A DNA stretch of 64,000 nt from an uncultured Gemmatimonadales bacterium (GTDB lineage: Bacteria; Gemmatimonadota; Gemmatimonadetes; Gemmatimonadales; GWC2-71-9): assembly GCA_963761885.1 (NCBI GenBank), contig CAVXIN010000009.1:38740-102739 (forward strand). The letters are read 5' to 3'. This document shows, piece after piece, positions 10,361-23,414 of the stretch. How positions within the stretch are numbered: position 1 is the first letter of the stretch; each line of letters opens with the position of its first letter. The notes under the pieces were generated by a model, which did not search any database, was not told the origin of the DNA, and saw only the letters and a list, made by a program, of their open reading frames with translations. A program made the translations under genes and the position numbers.

Positions 10361-11099
10361 CCGCCGTCTCCTCGTCCATCTCCTCGCCGGATTCGACGTA
10401 GTCCACTGCGGGCGCCGCCGATTCGTACTCCACCTCCACCGGTGCTTCCTGGACTTCGGCCGCCGGAGCCTCGGCCTCGGGCTCTTCAGACTCCAGCATG
10501 GGCGGCGGCGGATCCGAGTACTGCGCCGTCAGCTCCTCTCCCGCCACGCGCGCCTGAACCCGCTGCCAGACCATCCCCGCGGCGCTGGACGACAGGCTGA
10601 ATTCCCGCAGATAGTGCTCGGTCGCCTGTTCCACGGCGAGTACGCCACGCAGCAGGGCGGAGAACCCGATGGCGTTCTCGACATGGGTGGCGACCACCGC
10701 CTCCGCCGCACGGGCGCCCACCATGCGAGCGAGCTGCAGCGTCTTCTCGTGGTAGCGCCGGCGGTACTGCTGCTGTTCGAGGAAGCGGTCCACCCGCAGT
10801 AGCTGCCATCCACGCATCGTGGGCATGGGTGTCAGCGGCGGAAGCGACTCGAGCTCCAGCGACGTCAGGGTGCGAGTGCGCACCACCTCCTGCATGGCCT
10901 CAGGAACGGCGACGACTTCGAAGTACAGATCGAGGGCGCTCAGGACCGGAGTACGGGAGGCAAATTCACAGACGAATTGGAGGGCCTGGGAGACGTGCGT
11001 GCCGATCAGCGCCTCCCACGCGTTCGCATACGCGACACGCACGTTGAGATGCAGGACTGCCGGAATTCTGCGGAGGGACATCTGGCTGGGTGCGCTCAT
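10332..11099 (-). CDS. Hypothetical protein with an internally duplicated THV domain and acidic tail
   Basis: Coding-like ORF; two copies of the pattern A.EA...THV..A..F. Confidence 0.65.
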   Translation of the reverse strand: MSAPSQMSLRRIPAVLHLNVRVAYANAWEALIGTHVSQALQFVCEFASRTPVLSALDLYFEVVAVPEAMQEVVRTRTLTSLELESLPPLTPMPTMRGWQLLRVDRFLEQQQYRRRYHEKTLQLARMVGARAAEAVVATHVENAIGFSALLRGVLAVEQATEHYLREFSLSSSAAGMVWQRVQARVAGEELTAQYSDPPPPMLESEEPEAEAPAAEVQEAPVEVEYESAAPAVDYVESGEEMDEETAVRTRSPYPD

Positions 11100-11316
11100 C
11101 GCGAGGAGCGCAGAGCAATATCCAGTCCGCACGGGCGCGAGCGGACGCGCACGGGCGGGTCTAGGAAGCGGTCCCGGGTGGTTTGGTTAAGTGATTTTTT
11201 GGAAAGAAGTTACAATGCAGCAGTTGAGTCGGTATCCGCACCGCGCTAGAGGGCGGCAAGACCCCCAGCGGCTGGTCCGCACCGCAATTTGCCCGGCGCG
11301 CCGCAGAGGCCGCCCA

Positions 11317-11766
11317 TCAATGCCAAGAGCCCCGCAGGAAGTACCGGTAGCGGCGTTCCCAGGAGCTCAGCGACTCCATGGACAGCGTCTCCAGCTCGTG
11401 GGCGACGGTGCGCGCGGCGGCGGTGGCGGTCTCCATGTCCTGCCGCTCCGTGGCCGTCATTTCCCGGTGCCGGATCTCCGACACGCCGAGCATGACGGTC
11501 AGTTGGTTGTTGACGCGATCCTGGAGCATGAGGCGCATCTTGTCCACCAGGGCCCGCCGACGAAACCACGCGTGCCGATGAACCGCCCAGATCAGGAACC
11601 CCTGCAGCCAGATCAGGAACACCTGGGCCAGTCCGCGCTCGTCCCGCGACATATCCGCGAAGGTGAGGACGATCGCCAGGATTACCCCGATCGCGGTCAG
11701 GAACAGCTCGAAGTGGGCCGCGAGCGTCGTGCGGACCCGAGTCAGCGCGGAGGAGTGTGGCTTCAC
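11317..11766 (-). CDS. Small membrane protein with a degenerate HisKA-like helix
   Basis: GAGG RBS upstream of GTG; two hydrophobic segments; LQDRVNNQLTVMLG. Confidence 0.7.
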   Translation of the reverse strand: MKPHSSALTRVRTTLAAHFELFLTAIGVILAIVLTFADMSRDERGLAQVFLIWLQGFLIWAVHRHAWFRRRALVDKMRLMLQDRVNNQLTVMLGVSEIRHREMTATERQDMETATAAARTVAHELETLSMESLSSWERRYRYFLRGSWH

Positions 11767-11900
11767 GGCTACCTCATACGGCCGGGTGGTCAGCTACGGC
11801 ACCGACCCTATCGCAAGATTTTGATACAGGGGTGCCTCTAGTATCCGATATTGGGACTGTTTAGTCCAGTCCCCTGTGACTGCAATTCTTGGCAGCACAC

Positions 11901-11930
11901 GAAACCCCGACCAGCGGGAGCCGATCGGGG
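11901..11930 (-). terminator. Rho-independent terminator of the sigma factor gene
   Basis: Minus-strand stem CCCCGATCGGC-TCCC-GCTGGTCGGGG followed by TTTCG, 25 bp past the stop codon. Confidence 0.6.
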
Positions 11931-11955
11931 CCTGATTTCGTGCGAAATTGAGGGG

Positions 11956-12912
11956 TCAGGCCGCAAGCTCGCGGAGCTTGTCCCCGTGCTGCTCCCGGAG
12001 CTGGCGGAGGGCCCGATCACGGAGCTGGCGAATCCGCTCCCGCGTCACCCCCATCATGCGGCCGATCTCCTCCAAGGTCCGGCTCTTTCCGTCGTCGATC
12101 CCGAAATAGAGCCGGAGCACCTTCGCATCCCGTGGAGGCAAGGTGGCCAGGGCGGCCTCCAGGTCGGTCGTCCGACTGTTGGCCATCGTGGTGGAGTCGG
12201 TGCCCTCCTGGGTGAGAGGGACGAACCGCTCCATCCGTCCGCGGTCGTCCGCCTCGCGCACCGGATGGTCGAGCCGGAGGGCCTCGATGTGCAGAGCCCC
12301 GAGGGCGCGCACCGCGTCCCGGGTCAGACCGGTGGCTTCGACCAGCTCCGCCGTCGTGGGTGCCCGCCCCAGCCGCTCGGTGAGCAGAACGGTCGCCCTG
12401 CCCAAGCGGTTGAGATCGGCCGTCCGATTCAGCGGCACGCGGACCGGGCGCCCATGCCGCGCGATGGCTGCCTGGATCGCCTGGCGGATCCACCACACGG
12501 CGTAGGAAATGAACTTCACGCCCCGATCGGGGTCGAACTTCCGCGCCGCCGTCATGAGGCCGACGTTGCCCTCGCCGATGAGATCCATCAGGGGGACGCC
12601 GCGATTCTGGAACTTCTTCGCCACCGAGACCACGAAACGGACGTTGTGCCGGGCCAGCTTTTCCTGCGCCTCGACGTCGCCCTTGAACGCACGCCGGGCC
12701 AGCGCGGTCTCCTCCTCGATCTTGAGCAAGGGGATCCGGCTGATCTCCTGGAGGTAGAAGTCCAGGCTCTCCCGGCCCTCGTCCACCGCGCGCGCCAGCT
12801 GTGTCTTGCTGGGTGCCCGCCGTCCACCCTTCCGCTTGGTTACCGCCACGGTCCCGCTCCTGTTCTCACCGCCGTCGCCCTCGAAGCCGCCCGGCAAGTA
12901 GTTACCTGACAA
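11956..12912 (-). CDS. RNA polymerase sigma-70 factor, RpoD/SigA family (short form without region 1.1)
   Basis: YLQEISRIPLL (region 1.2), NVRFVVSVAKK, DLIGEGNVGL, KFISYAVWWIRQAI, TLEEIG...VTRERIRQ. Confidence 0.93.
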   Translation of the reverse strand: MSGNYLPGGFEGDGGENRSGTVAVTKRKGGRRAPSKTQLARAVDEGRESLDFYLQEISRIPLLKIEEETALARRAFKGDVEAQEKLARHNVRFVVSVAKKFQNRGVPLMDLIGEGNVGLMTAARKFDPDRGVKFISYAVWWIRQAIQAAIARHGRPVRVPLNRTADLNRLGRATVLLTERLGRAPTTAELVEATGLTRDAVRALGALHIEALRLDHPVREADDRGRMERFVPLTQEGTDSTTMANSRTTDLEAALATLPPRDAKVLRLYFGIDDGKSRTLEEIGRMMGVTRERIRQLRDRALRQLREQHGDKLRELAA

Positions 12913-13039
12913 CGTCTTATGTAGATGGCGCCAGCCGGCGCCACAGATGACTCGTCCTGCGGGGTAGATGCCCCAAACTCCCTGATCGTTGCGTACTCGC
13001 GCTCTGATCGAACAACCGGTTCCACCGGCGTGTTCCCCG

Positions 13040-15514
13040 TCAGGGCCGGCGGCGGGCTCGGCTTGTCGGCTCCGCCGCCAGAGGATCCTCCGGCCAATGG
13101 TGCTTGGGATACCGGCCCTTCAGATCCTTCCTCACTTGGAAGTACGTGGTTCGCCAGAAGCCCGCGAGGTCGCGCGTCACCTGCACCGGGCGCCCGGCGG
13201 GCGAGAGCAGGTGCAGTGTCACCGCAACCTCACCGTCGGCCAGGGTAGGCGTCCGCACCTCCCCGAACATCTCCTGCAGCCGGACCGCCAGCACCGGGCT
13301 CGCCGGGTCGCCGTAGTCCACCTGGATCCTGGAGCCGCTGGGGACCTGGATGTGCGTGGGCGCCAGACGGTCCAGCGCCGATCGCTGCTCCCAGGACAAC
13401 TGGCCCAGGAGGGCCTCCGACAGGTCCACGCGGTCCACCTGGTCCAGCCGAGTCACGCCGGCCAGCCGCGGACCCAGCCAGACTTCGAGTGTGCCAACCA
13501 GGGCCTCGTCCGACAGATCGGGCCACTCCGTCTTGCGGCTCCGGAGGAAGGTGATGCGCTCGCGGGTCCGGCGTGCACTTTCACTCCACGGAAGGACGCC
13601 GATGCCCTCTTGACGCACACCCTCAAGCAGGGCCGCCAGGACGCGCTCCGGGTCGGGATTGGAGAGTGCTGCTTCGCGCAGCACGATGGCCCCCAACCGC
13701 TCCCGCCGCCGCGCCAGGACGGCCCGGGGGGCGGGGTCCCACTCGATGCTTTCCTCCACCGCGATCGCGTCTCCGAACCACATTCGCAGGTCGTCGAGCG
13801 CGAGCGGCGCGGCGAGGTAGATCCGGCTCTCGGGCACCTCGCCATCGAGCTCGGGGACGACCAGATAGTCCTGGTTCGAGAGACCCTGTGGATCCAGATG
13901 CGCACCCAGTCCGTTACGAAGGACAAAGCGACCGACGCCTGCCCCGCGGCGCTGCGCGATGCGATCGGGGTAGGCCATGGCGAGCAACACCCCTACGCTC
14001 GGCTCACCGGTGGCCGCACCCGGCGCGGCCCGGCGCCCGCACGATGCGGCTTCGGCCCGGACCCGCCGCAGCGCCTCGCGATCCACGTCACCACGTACCA
14101 CCGATCCTCGCAGAAGATCCAGTCGAGTCCGAATGTCCGCGTCGGGGGGGCCATCCGACCGCCGCAGCAGATCGCGCTCGGACAGGAGCGCGGCCAGCTC
14201 GCACGCCGTCCTCCGACCACCGACCTCACCCGCGCGCATGACCATGTGGGCGAGTCGGGGGTGGAGCGCGAGGCGGGTCATGGCCCTGCCGTGTCGAGTG
14301 ATCCCGCCAGCCGTATCGAGGGCGCCGAGCTGACGGAGCAGCGAGCGAGCCTCGGCGTACGCCGCCGGGGGCGGCGGATCGAGCCAGGCCAGCTCTGCCG
14401 GATCACGCACCCCCGCGGCCGCGAGCTCCAGCGCGAGCGGCGCGAGGTCGGCGGCCAGGATCTCGGGCGTCGACCGCGCCGGGAGCGCGGCCTCCTCCGC
14501 TGGAGACCAGAGCCGATAGCAGGTGCCCGGACCCTGCCGCCCCGCCCGACCGGTGCGCTGGTCCGCGGACGCCCGGGAAACGCGAACGGTTCCGAGCCGC
14601 GTCATGCCGGTGCGGGGCGAATATCTGGGTACCCGCGACAGCCCCGCGTCGATCACGATGCGCACGCCCTCGATCGTCAGACTGGTCTCGGCGATGGAGG
14701 TGGCGAGTACCACCTTGCGCGTGCCCCGCGGGCTGGGACGAAGTGCCAGATCCTGACGCTCGGCGGGCAGGTCGCCGTAGAGCGGAACGACGCTGGCGGA
14801 CAGGTCCGCCAACAGGGACGCGACACGGCGAATCTCGCGCGCGCCGGGAAGAAAGACGAGCACGTCGCCGTCCTCCGCATCGAGCGCCTCGCGAACCGTG
14901 GACGCCACGGCGCCCTCGAGCCGTTCGGGCCGGCGGGTGGCATAGCGCACCTCCACCGGGTAGGTGCGGCCCTGAGACGTCACGATCGGGGCTCCGTCCA
15001 TCAGCGCGGCGATCGGTCCGCCCTCGAGTGTCGCCGACATGATGAGCACCCGAAGCTCGTCGCGCAGGATGGACCTGCTGTGCAGTGTCAGGGCGAGGCC
15101 CAGATCCGCGTGGATGCTGCGCTCGTGAAACTCGTCGAAGATCACCAGGCCGACGCCGTCCAGGCCGGGATCACTCTGGAGCATCCGGGTGAGGATGCCC
15201 TCCGTCACGACGATGATCCTGCTCCGGGGACCGACGGTGGAGTCGTGGCGAATGCGGTACCCGACCGTCTCGCCCAGCGATTCCCCCAACGACGACGCCA
15301 TGTAGCGCGCTGCCGCGCGAGCGGCCAGACGGCGGGGCTCGAGCATGACGATCCGCTGCCCGCCGAGCCAACTCTCCTCCAGCAGCGCGATGGGCACGCG
15401 GGTCGTCTTCCCCGCCCCGGGAGGCGCCTGTAACACCGCACTCCGCCCTTCGTTCAGGGCCGTCCGCAGCTGGGGAATGACGTGCTCGATCGGGAGCGAG
15501 CGGGTGTGATGCAT
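13040..15514 (-). CDS. hrpB: ATP-dependent helicase HrpB
   Basis: APPGAGKTT, DEFHERS, MSAT, ATSIAETSLTIEG, QRTGRAGR; HrpB C-terminus LLSPAGRPVQVT...GRYPKHHWPEDP. Confidence 0.96.
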   Translation of the reverse strand: MHHTRSLPIEHVIPQLRTALNEGRSAVLQAPPGAGKTTRVPIALLEESWLGGQRIVMLEPRRLAARAAARYMASSLGESLGETVGYRIRHDSTVGPRSRIIVVTEGILTRMLQSDPGLDGVGLVIFDEFHERSIHADLGLALTLHSRSILRDELRVLIMSATLEGGPIAALMDGAPIVTSQGRTYPVEVRYATRRPERLEGAVASTVREALDAEDGDVLVFLPGAREIRRVASLLADLSASVVPLYGDLPAERQDLALRPSPRGTRKVVLATSIAETSLTIEGVRIVIDAGLSRVPRYSPRTGMTRLGTVRVSRASADQRTGRAGRQGPGTCYRLWSPAEEAALPARSTPEILAADLAPLALELAAAGVRDPAELAWLDPPPPAAYAEARSLLRQLGALDTAGGITRHGRAMTRLALHPRLAHMVMRAGEVGGRRTACELAALLSERDLLRRSDGPPDADIRTRLDLLRGSVVRGDVDREALRRVRAEAASCGRRAAPGAATGEPSVGVLLAMAYPDRIAQRRGAGVGRFVLRNGLGAHLDPQGLSNQDYLVVPELDGEVPESRIYLAAPLALDDLRMWFGDAIAVEESIEWDPAPRAVLARRRERLGAIVLREAALSNPDPERVLAALLEGVRQEGIGVLPWSESARRTRERITFLRSRKTEWPDLSDEALVGTLEVWLGPRLAGVTRLDQVDRVDLSEALLGQLSWEQRSALDRLAPTHIQVPSGSRIQVDYGDPASPVLAVRLQEMFGEVRTPTLADGEVAVTLHLLSPAGRPVQVTRDLAGFWRTTYFQVRKDLKGRYPKHHWPEDPLAAEPTSRARRRP

Positions 15515-15570
15515 GACCCGAAACTAGCGTGGAACCTCGCGCACACCGGGGTCGTTAGCCTGGAGAGGGG

Positions 15571-15586
15571 TGGCACGACGCATGCT
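15571..15586 (+). promoter_or_regulatory. Candidate sigma-54 (-24/-12) promoter
   Basis: TGGCACG-ACGC-ATGCT versus consensus TGGCACG-N4-TTGCW, 60 bp upstream of a small ORF. Confidence 0.5.
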
Positions 15587-15646
15587 AGATGGGGATGCCG
15601 ATCCGCTCCAATACGAGCGGTGCATGCGATACGGAAGGCGGACTTA

Positions 15647-15817
15647 ATGTTGACCTGTGACTACAACGGCTGGAACGACGCGCCCGAAGAGGAGCGCGAA
15701 TGGTTTGATACCCACCCGGAAATCTGGAAGGCCTCCGTCCTCGCCGATGGTGTGCGTCCTCTCAGAACGACACCCCACCGGCCTGCAACCAGAATACGGG
15801 GTGGTCTCGCGGCCTGA
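15647..15817 (+). CDS. Small hypothetical protein (56 aa)
   Basis: ATG after purine-rich GGAAGG; MLTCDYNGWNDAPEEEREWFDTHPEIWKAS... has a protein-like composition unlike GC shadow ORFs. Confidence 0.5.
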   Translation: MLTCDYNGWNDAPEEEREWFDTHPEIWKASVLADGVRPLRTTPHRPATRIRGGLAA

Positions 15818-15895
15818 GCATCTTCCGAGGCCAGAACCCTTCCGATCCCACTGGCCGATGGCTGGCCGCTCGCCGGGAGCTGACTCCGACCCGGG

Positions 15896-17858
<1,963 letters not shown>

Positions 17859-17896
17859 CTAAGCCGGTGGCAGGCCGCCTGGAAGAGGGGACGGCC

Positions 17897-18411
17897 TTAG
17901 TAGACCCGGTCGAGCAGCCGCAACGTGCCGTCGGTGACGGTGCCGAAGGTGAGATGCCCGACCAGGCCGCGCGCGTGGGTCTGCCAGGGGAACGCGGCGG
18001 CCCGGGGGTCGAGACCCAGAGCCGGCACCAGTCCTTCGTCGATGAAGGCCCAGAAGGCCGTGCCGAAGGCGGTGCCGGCGGTCGAGCGCCAGGAAGCCCT
18101 GCATCGGCGGCGGAACCACGGCATAGGCCGCGCCGGCGCCGATGCCGAGCGCCCAGTGGATGGCGCTTCCCGGCTTGTTCGCGCTCGGTGCGGTCGAGCC
18201 GGTCGCCCCGCGAGCTCGGCCCGCCTTCTCCGCCGCCGTGCCGTAGGAGGTGCTCGCCGCCACGGGCCTCGTCCTCCTGCTCTCGGGCCGCCGGATCCTC
18301 CCGGTCGTACATGAAGCTGGTGATCTTGCCCATCACGAAGGTCGCGACCGCGCCGGCGATGGCACCCTTGACCAGATCCTCGCCGATGCGCGTTGCCCCC
18401 CGTCTCGCCAT
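17897..18411 (-). CDS. DUF1440-like membrane protein (frameshifted)
   Basis: KGAIAGAVATFVM, IHWALGIGAGAAY, IDEGLVPALGL, PWQTHARGLVGHLTFG. Confidence 0.65.
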
Positions 18412-18521
18412 GTTGCCTCCTTGGTGTCGTTTCATAGGCGTCGTCTCACGCGAAGCAGGCCCTCGCTTCGCTGGGATGTCAATATGCCCGTGCCGGCAGC
18501 GGTCCGATGTGATCCGCGCCG

Positions 18522-19556
<1,035 letters not shown>

Positions 19557-19559
19557 GGA

Positions 19560-20382
19560 TCAGCCTTTCACCGCGCCGGCGGTGAGTCCCTGCACGATGC
19601 GGCGCTGGAACGCGAGCACCAACGACCGCCACCGGGCGCGGTCGCCACGATCGCCGCGGCGAGCACCTGACCCCAGGGAACCTGGTACTGGCCGCGGAAG
19701 AGCGCGATCGCGACCGGCACGGTCTGCCGCTCGGGCCCGAGGGTGAACGACAGCGCGAAGAGAAACTCGTTCCAGCTATACACGAAGGTCAGGATCGCGG
19801 TCGCCGCGAGACCGGGCACGGCCAGCGGCACGATCACCTCGCGAAACGCGCGCAGCCGGCCGGCGCCATCCACCATCGCCGCCTCCTCCAGCTCCGGCCG
19901 GGAGCTGCCGGAAGAAGCCCACCAGCAGCCAGACGGTGAGCGGCAGCGCGAAGGTGAGATAGGGCAGGATCAGTCCGGGATAGGTGTCGATGAGCCGCAG
20001 GCTCCGAAGGAGCAGGAAGAGGGGTGAGACGACCGAGATCTGCGGGAACATGCTCACCGCGAGCACCAGGCCGAGCAGCGGGACCTTGCCCCGAAAGCGC
20101 AGTCGGGCGAGCGCGTACGCGCAGAGCGAGCCGACGATCACGCTGAACACCGTGGTACGCCGGCGACGACCAGCGAGTTGCGGATGGGCACCCAGAAGGC
20201 CCGCTCCACGAACAGGGCGCGATAGTGATCGAGGACCAGGTGGGTCGGCAGGAGCGAGGGCGCCTGGAACAGCCGGGCCTCGGGCGTGAGCGACGCGACG
20301 ACCGTCCAGTAGAACGGGAACGCGGTGGCGAGCACCAGCAGCCGCCACCGCGAACGGCGGCCCAGCGCGCGCCCCGGCTCAC
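19560..20382 (-). CDS. Carbohydrate ABC transporter permease (MalG/SugB-like; frameshifted)
   Basis: [21 protein letters not shown] loop, [26 protein letters not shown] end. Confidence 0.88.
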
Positions 20383-21290
20383 CGCCGCTCTCCGGTGAGA
20401 TCGGCGCCCACCACCCGGATGTAGCCAAGCGCGAGCAGGAAGGCGACCAGGAACACCAGCACCGAGAGCGCCGAGCCGTAGCCGAAGCGAAGGTTCTGCA
20501 GCAGCGAGGTGAAGGTGTAGAGGGCGATCGGCTCGGTGGCGGTGCCCGGGCCGCCGCCGGTCATGACATAGACCAGGTCGAAGACCCGGAAGGCGTCGCG
20601 GGTGCGGAAGATCAGCGCCACCAGCAGCGCCGGCTTGAGCAGCGGCAGGGTGATGTGGCGGAACTGCCGCCAGGCCGAGGCGCCGTCGATCCGCGCCGCC
20701 TCGTAGAGCGAGGCGTCGATCCCCTGCAGGCCGGCGAGCAGCAGCAGCGCCACGAAGGGCGTCTTCTTCCACACGTCAGCCAGCACGACCGGAACCCAGG
20801 CGGCCAGGCGGTCCACGAACCACACCGGCGGGTCCACACCGAGGGAGGCGAGCGCGGCGTTCACGATCCCGAGTCGCCGTCGAACATGAAGCGCCAGATC
20901 AGCGCGGCGACGACGGTCGGGATCGCCCAGGGCACCAGGATGGCCGCCCGCACCAGCCCGCGGCCGCGGAACGTGCGGTTCATCGCCAGGGCGAGCACGC
21001 AGCCGAGCGTCAGCTCGAGGGTCACGCTGGCGACGGTGAAGACCAGCGTGTGGCCCAGCGCCTCGCGGAATCGCTGGTCCCCCAGGGCCTCGAGGTAGTT
21101 GTCGAGCCCGATGAACGGCCGGCCCAGCCAGGGCATTCGGAGGTCGTGCAGGTGCAGCGACTCCCAGACCGTCCAGGCCAGCGGAAAGAGCGCGACGAGG
21201 AGGATCGTGCCGACGGCCGGCGAGCACCAGGGCCCAGCCCAGGCGCGCCTCGTGCTGCTCGGCGCCCCGCGGCTCAGCGCGACGGCACGC
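20379..21290 (-). CDS. Carbohydrate ABC transporter permease (MalF/SugA-like; frameshifted, start approximate)
   Basis: FIGLDNY, PWAIPTVV, LADVWKxTPF, LYEAARIDGA, MTGGGPG. Confidence 0.88.
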   Translation of the reverse strand, partial: ACRRAEPRGAEQHEARLGWALVLAGRRHDPPRRALSAGLDGLGVAAPARPPNALAGPAVHRARQLPRGPGGPAIPRGAGPHAGLHRRQRDPRADARLRARPGDEPHVPRPRAGAGGHPGALGDPDRRRRADLALHVRRRLGIVNAALASLGVDPPVWFVDRLAAWVPVVLADVWKKTPFVALLLLAGLQGIDASLYEAARIDGASAWRQFRHITLPLLKPALLVALIFRTRDAFRVFDLVYVMTGGGPGTATEPIALYTFTSLLQNLRFGYGSALSVLVFLVAFLLALGYIRVVGADLTGERR

Positions 21291-22551
21291 GCGCCTCCGG
21301 CGCCGAGCCCGACGCGGTCGAGCAGCGCCTGCATCTCGCTCCTGCGGCCTGGCGCAGCGCCGTCGCCGGCTCGAGCTGGCGGGTCAGTGCCCGGTGCAGC
21401 TGGATCTGGAGGATGTCGGAGAGCTGAGTGTACACCGGGGTCACGGGCCGGGGCACCGCGCGCTCGACGACGGCGCGGATCTGGGCGGGCGGGATCGACA
21501 GGGCTCGGGTGAGGTCGGCTTCGGAGATCGCCGGTGCGCGCGCCGGGAACTGGCCCACCACCCGGGCGCGCTCCAGCATCTGCTCCGGCTGGGTCAGAAA
21601 GTCGATCACGCGCCCAGGCCGCCTCCGGGTGCTCGGAGTTGGCGTTGATCGCGAGCTGGGCCCCGCCCAGCGCCGCCGTGGGCGTGCCGCCCGGGCCCGC
21701 GGGCATCGGCGCCACGGCGAAGCGGCCCGCGACCATCGAGACCGAGCGTGTCCTGCAGCAGCGCGTACAGCGTACGGCCAGTTGCGCATGAACGCGGCCT
21801 GGCCGTTCTGGAACGCGAAGCGCGCCTCCTCCTCGTGCCAGGTCAGGACCGAGCGCGGCACGACGCCGCGACTGGAGCTGGTCGCGCATCAGCGGTGAGG
21901 GCGCGGATGGCCGGCAGGATCGGCCACGCGGACGCGGCCGCCGTCGAGAATCGGCCGCCGAACCGCCGAGATACTCCAGGAAGACGGTCACCAGGCCCTC
22001 GTACCGGGCGCCCTGCTACACCAGACCCGTACCGCACGGCGCCCGCTGCGCGGGCCGCGGCGCTGCGTCGCGCTCGAGCTCGTCGAAGGTGGCCGGCGGA
22101 GCCTTGGCAGAGGTCGGTCCGCCAGTAGAGCATCCCCACGTCCACGAACCAGGGCATCGCGTAGAGGCGGCCGTCCCATCGATTGGCCGCGATGGTCGCG
22201 GGAAAGAACGCGGCGGTGTCGGGGTCGAAAGCGGTCGAGCGGCAGAATCCAGCCGGCGGCGGCGAACTCGGGAGTCCAGATCGCGTCGAGCTGGAGGATG
22301 TCGGGATCGCTCGCACGGGCGTTGAGCCACTGCACGTAGAGCTGATGGCGCTGGTCGGCGGCGTCGGGGGTGCGGCGCTGCTCGACCCGGATGTCGGGAT
22401 GCTCGCGCATGAACCGCGCGAGCTGGCGCCGCAGCACTTGCCCCTCGGCGCCGAGCACGCTGCCGGACACGGTGACCGTGGTCGGTCCAGCCGGTGGGGC
22501 GGGCCGACATCCAAGCGCACTCAGCAGGAGGATGGCGCGCGCCATCCGCAT
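21274..22551 (-). CDS. Carbohydrate ABC transporter solute-binding lipoprotein (LpqY/trehalose-maltose-like; frameshifted)
   Basis: Lipobox SALGC; DILQLDAIWTPEFAAAGW, LYAMPWFVDVGMLYWRTDL, AFMRNWPYA, PRPVTPVY. Confidence 0.85.
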
Positions 22552-22678
22552 TGACCCACGATCCACTCTCCACCTCCCTCCGTGCCACGCTAACCAACCC
22601 CGCGGCGACACGCCAGCACCGCCGGCAAGACGTGATGCGAGGCACGGTACCGCCGGCACCTACGTCGACAGGATATGC

Positions 22679-23315
22679 GATGCCGGCCGACCACGACGCA
22701 GCAGCGAGAATATTCCTCCTTTCGCCAGCGCATCCCGGTGGCAAGCGCGCCGCGATGCTGATCCGGGAGCAAGCGACCTTCCCGATTGCGGTTCGCCTGC
22801 GCGAGCCGGGCGGCATTCCGCTCGGCGAGGCGTTCAGTTTCGTGAGCGGCCTCTACTTCCGCGGGAAGCTGGCCTACGCGTCGCGGTTCGGGCGTCCCGC
22901 CGGCGACCGGTCCTCGGTGCAGGTCATCACCGCGAACCGGGGCCTCCTCGCTGCCGACACCCTGGTGACGGCACCCGAGCTGCAGGCGTTCGGCGCGCTG
23001 GACATTCGCGCCGATGACCACCGGTACCGTGATCCGCTGGTCCGCGATCTCACGCGTCTGGCAGCGAACCCATCCACGGAGTTCGTCCTGCTCGGCAGCC
23101 TCGCGACCGGGAAGTACGTGGACGTGCTGCTCGACGTCATGGGAGGCCGGCTGCTGTACCCGACCGAATTCGAGGGCCGGGGAGACATGAGCCGAGGCGC
23201 GCTCTTGTTGCGCGCCGCGCGGGCAGGAGAGGAACTCGCCTACGCCTCGGTTGAGAGTGCGCTCACTCGCCTTCGCTCGAGCACCGCGCGGCATCGTGCG
23301 ACTCCGAAGGCGTGA
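22679..23315 (+). CDS. Conserved hypothetical protein, weakly YaaA/DUF6884-like
   Basis: IFLLSPAH, FSFVSGLYFRGKLAYA, VITANRGLL, VLLGSLATGKYVD, GRGDMSRGALLL. Confidence 0.7.
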
Positions 23316-23414
23316 CCGGGATCACGAACATCTCCGATTCCAGGGGTTATGCATGTCGCTGCAGCAAGCAGTACGAGATGCACAGGCTTTTGCATACCCG
23401 TCTTGGAGGTGTCA

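Noticed and set aside
12989-15433. Long antisense ORFs (814 aa here; also 6354..8510, 30597..32585, 39413..41422)
   Set aside because: Typical stop-poor shadow frames of high-GC genes, with no motifs.
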